From assembly GCA_021822495.1 (NCBI GenBank), contig JAKAQO010000001.1, forward strand, positions 80,297 to 144,296: 64,000 bases of DNA. Reading direction: 5' to 3'. Positions 57,640-64,000 of this stretch are shown here, piece after piece; the stretch's first letter is position 1, and each line of letters starts with the position of its first letter. The stretch comes from a bacterium (lineage in GTDB: Bacteria > Elusimicrobiota > Elusimicrobia > UBA1565 > UBA9628). The notes below the pieces were generated by a model. It made no database searches. It had not been told where the DNA came from and was given only the letters and a program-made list of their open reading frames with translations. Position numbers and translations under genes: made by a program.

Positions 57640-59106
57640 TTAGTTTAAGAAAAAAAATCCCAGCATCTTTTTGAACGCGGATTTTTCTTCTTGATTTAAA
57701 AAGCCGGTCAGGCAGAGACCCGCGGGGAAAGAGACGAGGAAAAAAATCCGCAACCCCAAATGCCCTTCTCCCACCCCAACCCCCAAAAGTTTGGCCGCAA
57801 TCAAAATAGCGGCGACTAAACCCGACAGATGTAAAAGCCTTTTCCATTCATATGGAATTGGATAAAGCCGACGACCTAAAAGAAAAAGAAACGCGGCCAT
57901 CGCGGCGTAGGCCGCTAAGGTCGCAAAAGCCGCGCCCATCATGCCCCAGCGGGGAATCCACAATAAATTGGTTCCCACATTCACCAGCGCCCCCAAGGCC
58001 GCGGCATAGGCCACGTATTCGCTTTTTTCCGCTAAAGTAACTGGCGCCAAGAAATTAATATAAATCCCGTCAAAGAGATATCCCAAGGTCACGACCGGAA
58101 CCAAGGACAACCCCGCCCAATAGGCGGAGGGAATGAGGGACTTCCCGCCAAAGACGCGCGGCATGACCAGATAAGCGATAAAGAATGTAATCCCCAAAAA
58201 AATAATAGACGCCCCGGCAACGAAATAAGTCAAAATTCGGGCGAACAAACTTCGCGAATTGGGGTTTGCCGCTCTTTGGAGAAAAAATGGCCGCCAAGCC
58301 GAATCGAACATATTGACGACCATCATCATGAAAATGCCCAGACGGTAATTGGCCTGATAAATTCCCACCGTCCTATCATTAGTCATGAACTTGAGGATAG
58401 GGCGATCAATGACCTGAACCATCATCGCCGAGAGCCCCGCCGGCAAAAGCGGAAGCCCAAAACGCAAAAGCTTCATCCAGATATCGCCTGAAAATTTAAT
58501 CCGCAATTCAGACCAGGAGAAAGGAAAAATCAAAATGAAGGTTAAAACGGAAGAAATAAGCCCAGCCCAAAAAACGCCTTCAATTCCTTTTTTCAGAGTC
58601 ACCAGGAAAATATAGCTAAGAACGATATTAAGGGCGATATTGACGATTTTAAGCCCGGCGTAAAGGCCCGCGCGGTGATTCATTCTCAAGCGCGCAAACG
58701 GGGTCAAGGCTAAGGCGTCGAAAGCCAATATCCCAGCGGAAATTAAAATAAGACGCCGATCGGGAATTTGAATGAGACTTGAAATCCAGACCGATTTTCC
58801 AAAAAGAAAAGCGGAAAAGAAAAGACTCGTTATTAAGACCGACCAAAAAGCCGTCGAGAAAACCTCGGCCCCGTTTAATTTTTCATCGGTCTTATAATAG
58901 CGCATAAACGCGAAAGAAATCCCGTAGCCATAAAGAACGTTGAGAAAAGCTAAATATGAAAACAAGGTCGCGACAACGCCGTAATCCGCCGGAGACAAAG
59001 CGTGCGTGTAGAGAGGCAAGAGAAAAAAGTTGAGAAGCCGCCCCATGACAGTGGACAAACCGTAGATCAAGGTCTCCCGGCTTAAGGCCTTTAATTCTTT
59101 CAGCAC
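57640..59106 (-). CDS. Oligosaccharide flippase (Wzx/MOP family)
   Basis: LLPLYT.ALSPADYG, LLRFGLPL, VGIY and WGMMGAA motifs; many TM helices. Confidence 0.9.
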   Translation of the reverse strand: MLKELKALSRETLIYGLSTVMGRLLNFFLLPLYTHALSPADYGVVATLFSYLAFLNVLYGYGISFAFMRYYKTDEKLNGAEVFSTAFWSVLITSLFFSAFLFGKSVWISSLIQIPDRRLILISAGILAFDALALTPFARLRMNHRAGLYAGLKIVNIALNIVLSYIFLVTLKKGIEGVFWAGLISSVLTFILIFPFSWSELRIKFSGDIWMKLLRFGLPLLPAGLSAMMVQVIDRPILKFMTNDRTVGIYQANYRLGIFMMMVVNMFDSAWRPFFLQRAANPNSRSLFARILTYFVAGASIIFLGITFFIAYLVMPRVFGGKSLIPSAYWAGLSLVPVVTLGYLFDGIYINFLAPVTLAEKSEYVAYAAALGALVNVGTNLLWIPRWGMMGAAFATLAAYAAMAAFLFLLGRRLYPIPYEWKRLLHLSGLVAAILIAAKLLGVGVGEGHLGLRIFFLVSFPAGLCLTGFLNQEEKSAFKKMLGFFFLN

Positions 59107-59211
59107 TTTTGGATTTTAGCAAAAGGGGGGCTTGACGCAGAGGCGGTATTTGAGCAAAGATATGAGGACGCAAATAAAAACTAGCACAAATTAGACGAAT
59201 AAGGACAAACC

Positions 59212-60060
59212 ATGAAAAAAACATACGCGCTTGTTTCAAGCCTTCTCATCGGAAGCCTTTCACTCCCCGCTTTCTCCGGCGTCTTTAGTTCTCAACCTTC
59301 GGATAAGGAAATCGAGGACGTGCTCAAAGCCCATCCGGATCTCATCTTGAATGTTTTGCGCGATCATAAGTCCGAGCTCTATGACATCGTCAGCCAGGCC
59401 TTCCAGGAAGAACAAGTCAAACGCGAAAAAGACGCGGAGGCTCAAGAAAAAAAAGAAGAAGACGAAGCTTTTAAACATCCCTATCAACCCGTCATCGACA
59501 AAAATACGATGATTCGCGGAAACAAAAATGCGAAATATACGCTCGTTGAGTATTCCGATTTTCAGTGTCCCTATTGCGGCCGTGCTTTTCCCACGGTTCA
59601 AGCGCTAAGAAAAAAATATGGGTCGCAAATGTGCTTTATCTATAAAAATATGCCGCTTCCCATGCACCCGCAATCCATGCCGGCAGCCGAATATTTCGAG
59701 GCCGTCGCCCTTCAATCCCGCAAAAAGGCTTGGCTCTTTAACGACAAGATGTATGAGAACCAATCGCGACTCGGACCAGCTTTTTACAAGCAGACGATTA
59801 AAGAACTGGGCCTCAACGTCAAGCAAGCGGAAAAAGACGCCAAATCCAAACGCGTCCAAGACATCATTCAAGCCGAGATCAAGGAAGCGGAAAAATTCGG
59901 CTTTACCGGCACCCCTGGGTTTCTTTTAAACGGAATTCCCGTTCGCGGCGCTTACCCCGAGGAAAAATTTATTTCCATTATCGACCGCCTCAATCACAAA
60001 GGCGAGAAACCAACGTCCGCGAAGAAAACCGCCGCCACGACGGCTAAAACGCGGAATTAA
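59212..60060 (+). CDS. DsbA-family thioredoxin-fold protein
   Basis: Signal peptide, EYSDFQCPYC and GTPGF. Confidence 0.92.
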   Translation: MKKTYALVSSLLIGSLSLPAFSGVFSSQPSDKEIEDVLKAHPDLILNVLRDHKSELYDIVSQAFQEEQVKREKDAEAQEKKEEDEAFKHPYQPVIDKNTMIRGNKNAKYTLVEYSDFQCPYCGRAFPTVQALRKKYGSQMCFIYKNMPLPMHPQSMPAAEYFEAVALQSRKKAWLFNDKMYENQSRLGPAFYKQTIKELGLNVKQAEKDAKSKRVQDIIQAEIKEAEKFGFTGTPGFLLNGIPVRGAYPEEKFISIIDRLNHKGEKPTSAKKTAATTAKTRN

Positions 60061-60665
60061 TTTTTAACGCCGCACAACAAGGCGTAGTGATAGGGAAAGT
60101 TCTGTTTTTTGGAAACAGAAAATCCAAAGTTCTGGACGCGCGCAAGTCCTTCTTCAGGCGAATAAACATGATCGCGGGGCGGCCCGACCGGGCGTTCAAT
60201 AGCGGAACTCCAATCCACGAAAAGAACCTGCCCCGAAGGCTTAAGAAGGGCTTTAATTTCCGCCATCGCCCCATCTCCTAATTCGTGAAGAACGTTTAAA
60301 GCCAAAATGCGATCTATAGTTCCTTTAAGCCTTAAATAACCCTCGTCTTTTGACCAGAAGGAACTTAGGTTTTTGAGCGGGTTCCGGGAATAGTTTTCAG
60401 CAAAAAACTCGAGCATCTTTTTTTGCTCGTCTACCCCAATCACCCGAATATCCGGACGCAAGGCGGCCATTTCGATGGCATAAAGCCCCGTTCCCGCTCC
60501 AAAATCGACCAAAACCCCTTGAGGCGGAACATCCAGAAGGGAAATGAGTTCTTTGGGCGGTAAATAATCAAAACGCGCGCGGTCGTTTAAGCCCGCGGCG
60601 CGCTCCGGATTAAAACGTTCCGGCTGGCGAGCTCCGTGCCTATCGTGTTCCACGCTATTTTCCAA
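60057..60665 (-). CDS. Class I SAM-dependent methyltransferase
   Basis: VDFGAGTG, VLHE, LKPSG and VGPP motifs. The start is uncertain. Confidence 0.88.
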   Translation of the reverse strand: MENSVEHDRHGARQPERFNPERAAGLNDRARFDYLPPKELISLLDVPPQGVLVDFGAGTGLYAIEMAALRPDIRVIGVDEQKKMLEFFAENYSRNPLKNLSSFWSKDEGYLRLKGTIDRILALNVLHELGDGAMAEIKALLKPSGQVLFVDWSSAIERPVGPPRDHVYSPEEGLARVQNFGFSVSKKQNFPYHYALLCGVKN

Positions 60666-60843
60666 GCGTTGAAATCTTGCACACGGTATAAGCCGGGCAA
60701 TAACGGAAAATTCCGGTTAAAACCGGAACAATCCCGATTAGCCCCCACCAGGTTTTAGGCCCCCAGAAAACAAGCGAGATTAAAACCAGCCCCACGATAA
60801 TTCTCAAGTAACGATCCCAAGTTCCGACATTGATTTGAATCAT
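60655..60843 (-). CDS. DUF2892 (YgaP-like) membrane protein
   Basis: NVGTWDRYLRIIVG...YCPAY..IST; SD AGGAGG. Confidence 0.9.
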   Translation of the reverse strand: MIQINVGTWDRYLRIIVGLVLISLVFWGPKTWWGLIGIVPVLTGIFRYCPAYTVCKISTLGK

Positions 60844-60888
60844 AAGTTCCTCCTCTTATTCTTTAGATACAATATCTCCAAAAAGGAT

Positions 60889-61230
60889 TCATCTCCGCGG
60901 AGGCCGCCCAATGACGACTGCTCCTTGAACGCGGGAAAAAAACACAATCACGGCCAACACGCACGCAAAGAAACCGATCCCTAAAAGCGGAACTCCAAAG
61001 GGAAGGCCAATCACCGTCAAACTCAAAATAAGGCCGGCCCCCATCATCCCCAAACCAATAAGCCCCAAAAAAAGACTCAAGGCGGCCTTGGACAAAAACC
61101 GGCGTAAAAAAGAAACCTGAACGAGCCTTTCCTCAAAAAAAGCTTCCTCGCTCTGATTTTCCTCGACGATTTCAGCTTCGACAATCCTTGGAGGCGGCTC
61201 GTCACCCGACGGCTCGGGAAAATAGTTCAT
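60889..61230 (-). CDS. Hypothetical membrane protein
   Basis: Acidic N-terminus and a TM hairpin LTVIGLPFGVPL; ATGA overlap with the upstream gene. Confidence 0.72.
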   Translation of the reverse strand: MNYFPEPSGDEPPPRIVEAEIVEENQSEEAFFEERLVQVSFLRRFLSKAALSLFLGLIGLGMMGAGLILSLTVIGLPFGVPLLGIGFFACVLAVIVFFSRVQGAVVIGRPPRR

Positions 61231-61685
61231 GAAATTATCAGCGTATGCCCGTTTTCTTTCAGCCAGCGGCGACGGGTCTTATACTCCGGGCAAAACTCCG
61301 CGACCTTATTCCAAAATTCTCTCGAATGATTGAGATGGGCCAAATGGGAAAGCTCATGGATGACGACATAATCTCGAATCTCGGGCGGCGCCAAAACCAA
61401 ACGCCAGTTAAAGTTGAGATTTCCTTTTTCAGAACAACTTCCCCACCGAGTTTTCTGCTCCCGAATGGCGATTCGCCCGTAGCGCACACCCATTCGGGAA
61501 GACCAATAAGAAACGGAAGAAGAAATAATTTCCCTGGCCTTAGCGCGCGAGACAAAATCCCCGTTTCTTCGCGCGGGAGCCTTTGGCGCAGGGAAAAAAA
61601 TTTCGCTGAGGTCTTTTTTCAAAAGGTCGAGGAAATCGCGCGCCTCTTGAATTGAAGGCAAAACATCAGGAATGGAGAAACCCAT
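61227..61685 (-). CDS. YgjP/DUF45-like metallopeptidase-fold protein (short)
   Basis: QKTRWGSCS and YVVIHELSHLAHLNHSREFW motifs. Confidence 0.9.
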   Translation of the reverse strand: MGFSIPDVLPSIQEARDFLDLLKKDLSEIFFPAPKAPARRNGDFVSRAKAREIISSSVSYWSSRMGVRYGRIAIREQKTRWGSCSEKGNLNFNWRLVLAPPEIRDYVVIHELSHLAHLNHSREFWNKVAEFCPEYKTRRRWLKENGHTLIIS

Positions 61686-63124
61686 TATTTCCAATCATAC
61701 TCCACGAGGTAGTTAATTTTTGACGAGGAATTTGCCTTGACGGGGATTTCAAAGGCAATGGTTTGGGCGTCTTTTTTTTTCCATTTCTCGCTTGCGGAAA
61801 CAATTTTCCATTTCGACCAGCGGTACAAATGTTCGACGACTTGAACCGTCACAGCGGATTTTTTGCGATTGGAAAGCGTAATCTCAAAACCTTCCCGCGT
61901 ATTTTTAGACCCGCGTTCAAAACTCATGCGCGTGCGGCGGCCGAGAACGTCAAAAGCCCTCCCCGCATGAATAACGAGCTTCTCATTTCTGGGAGTGGCG
62001 GGCAAAGAATCAGACCCTATCCATTCCAAGGCCCCATTTTTGTCTTTCTGGTACATCCGAATCTTTCCCGGGGGCAAGGGAAAACCCAGATGGGAATCTT
62101 TTGAATTTTTGAGTTTAAAAACCACTTTCACTTCTCCCTGGCTTTCCGCCCCATAATCAGGGTTGACCCGGGTGTAGACGCTAAAGTCTCCCCCAAAATC
62201 GGAGGCGTCATAGAGATATTCTTTTTTTACGGGAATGCCCGAGGCTTCTCCCATTGAAATGCGAACGCTCCCTTCGCCTAAATTGACGAGACCCGGCAAC
62301 GGATAAAGATGGTATTCAAACAAATCTTGGCTTTTCTCGATGATCTGTTGAGCAGCCGCCGCCATCGCCCGAAATAATGGATGGGGGTTTCCCACAGCCG
62401 CCAAGGATTGATGGGGGTTTCCGGCGACTAAAAGAACGCGAGCCTTTTTGAAATCTACGCCGGACTGATTGTTTAAATTAGCCCAAATCCGAAGCTCCAT
62501 TAAATTTGAGGATGAATTAATCATCGCGGCATAACTTGCCTTCCACGTCAGATCGCCGGTTAAATAGCTGATCTTAAACGGGTAAGCGCCCGGTTTTTCC
62601 GCTTTTATTTTCCAAGAGATGGACGGCTTAAAACTCGCTTTCGACAGCGAGGGCGCGCTCAAGGCCGAAGACCGAGCGTCCTTGCCGCGCTTTTGAAAAG
62701 GCGTCAGCGGCAAGGGAAGAACCCATGTCCCTTTTGGATTTAAATAGACCTGGTTTTGAACCTTGAGCGCCGTGAGATGCTCCTCCGCTTCCAACAAAAC
62801 GCCCTTAATCAACGCGGGAGTTTTCTCTTCCCTCAATTCAACTTCCTTGCCGACAAAATTTTTGAGAATCTGAGATTGGTCCGTCCAGCCGCCGAAAAAA
62901 TCTTGTTCCAGGACCGACGCCTTATCTTTCGGATTGGCCGGAGAGATTAAGACGCTGGCGGGTTCAAAGCCCCACGGCACGGGCATCGGCGCGGTTTTGG
63001 AGATTCCCGCTTTAAGCGGGAAAGTTATTTCTTCTTTAATCAACGCGCGCTGATCCTGGTAAATAGTGATTTCAACCGCCTGAGCGCGAACGCCTAAGAA
63101 AATAAACGGCAAGGCCCAGAGCAT
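61685..63124 (-). CDS. DUF4139 domain secreted protein
   Basis: ITIY..ALIKE, SYLT..LTWKASY, NQSG, LFEYHLY and PLPPGKIRMY motifs. Confidence 0.88.
   Translation of the reverse strand: MLWALPFIFLGVRAQAVEITIYQDQRALIKEEITFPLKAGISKTAPMPVPWGFEPASVLISPANPKDKASVLEQDFFGGWTDQSQILKNFVGKEVELREEKTPALIKGVLLEAEEHLTALKVQNQVYLNPKGTWVLPLPLTPFQKRGKDARSSALSAPSLSKASFKPSISWKIKAEKPGAYPFKISYLTGDLTWKASYAAMINSSSNLMELRIWANLNNQSGVDFKKARVLLVAGNPHQSLAAVGNPHPLFRAMAAAAQQIIEKSQDLFEYHLYPLPGLVNLGEGSVRISMGEASGIPVKKEYLYDASDFGGDFSVYTRVNPDYGAESQGEVKVVFKLKNSKDSHLGFPLPPGKIRMYQKDKNGALEWIGSDSLPATPRNEKLVIHAGRAFDVLGRRTRMSFERGSKNTREGFEITLSNRKKSAVTVQVVEHLYRWSKWKIVSASEKWKKKDAQTIAFEIPVKANSSSKINYLVEYDWK
62634..62715 (+). repeat. Second copy of structured repeat, in-frame and antisense within DUF4139 gene
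   Basis: 62652-62709 matches the pdhA insert at 52/58 positions; three adjacent hairpins. Confidence 0.85.
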
Positions 63125-63132
63125 GGGAAAAC

Positions 63133-63942
63133 TTAACGCAACGAAATTACGGAAATGGGAGTTGCCTTTATAAACTGCTGCCCAAAGTCCGTGTCGATCT
63201 GCAAATACCCATTATGGGGGTCTTCGATGTCTTGAATGGTCGCATGAACAATGCCTGCATCGGCTAGAATCCCCGAAACCCCCAGGTCGCCGGGCCCATT
63301 GATGGTGTAGGTCACAATGCGGCTTAAAATAAAGGGGTATTGGGGATATTGAGGCTGCGTGAACTCAAAATGGTCAATATTATAGATGACGTAAATTTTA
63401 TTATTTCCAACCACCATCGCCTGAATTTGAAACTTTTGGCCATTTTTAGAAACTCCAGAATCAAGAGTAATTTCGCCAAAATCATACTTGGAGAAAAGCG
63501 CCGCGCACACGCCGCGAGATAAATAGAAGATATGCGGGGTGGTAAACCCGGGATCGGTCATGAAGGTCAAGGAATTATCCTTAGCCTTGACCGCCGTTTG
63601 AGCGATTTTCTCAATAGTGGATAAGGGAATCATTCTCACTTGAGAAATATCTAAATTTAGAGATTGGCTGGAGAGCCACTCGGCAATGACAGAAGGCACA
63701 GGCTTAAGAGAACTCCACAACTTGGGGCTGATCAGCGGCTGGTCTTCTTCCCCGGCCGAATTTGTGTTTTGACTCACCCACACTGAATGGGGAACGGAAA
63801 GAGGGGCGCTAATCTCAAGCCGGGAGGGAGACACGCCGGATTCTAAAACAAGCGGGGCAATTTTCTCTAAAATCGCCTGGGAATTGACCACGTTCTGAGC
63901 CATCGCCGGAACTGACAGCAACATCAGTATTAAGTTGATCAT
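63133..63942 (-). CDS. Hypothetical secreted protein
   Basis: Signal peptide ending AMA-Q; 269-aa ORF heading the co-oriented cluster. Confidence 0.75.
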   Translation of the reverse strand: MINLILMLLSVPAMAQNVVNSQAILEKIAPLVLESGVSPSRLEISAPLSVPHSVWVSQNTNSAGEEDQPLISPKLWSSLKPVPSVIAEWLSSQSLNLDISQVRMIPLSTIEKIAQTAVKAKDNSLTFMTDPGFTTPHIFYLSRGVCAALFSKYDFGEITLDSGVSKNGQKFQIQAMVVGNNKIYVIYNIDHFEFTQPQYPQYPFILSRIVTYTINGPGDLGVSGILADAGIVHATIQDIEDPHNGYLQIDTDFGQQFIKATPISVISLR

Positions 63943-64000
63943 AAACGCATTATTACAAAGCTTAAGTTTATTGTCAAATAAAAAACGAGCGCTGGCCAGG

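Noticed and set aside
57368-57847. 159-aa minus-strand ORF
   Set aside because: It overlaps the tRNA, the repeat arm and the flippase, so it is a shadow ORF.

Overview
This is a gene-dense bacterial chromosomal window made up mostly of housekeeping genes (htpX, rocD, glgP, rnd, dksA, gltX, recN, nadK, comEC, comF, dnaX, recR, ispG, glmS, glmM, folP, pdhAB, lipA, trxB, groESL). The GYF_2 proteins, pilin-like domain, compact sigma-54 and three-domain IspG suggest Elusimicrobiota, but that is inference only. Two accessory regions stand out. The first is a translationally coupled Schlafen/AlbA_2-HATPase + ParA-like ATPase pair inserted between pdhA and pdhB and followed by a 97-bp hairpin. The second is a decayed tandem array of small tyrosine-integrase elements at tRNA-Arg(UCG) that duplicate the 5' half and promoter of the tRNA. 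Their cargo is hicBA, a DUF3800 gene with a convergent promoter/small-RNA unit, an orphan antitoxin and a membrane protein. Other notable signals are a structured ~60-bp repeat inserted in-frame in two unrelated genes, a short GGAC-W-GTCC palindrome family, a degenerate RpoN next to an HTH-less enhancer-binding protein, a PdxJ pseudoenzyme, and many apparently leaderless promoters. All protein calls come from motif recognition by eye; no database searches were run.
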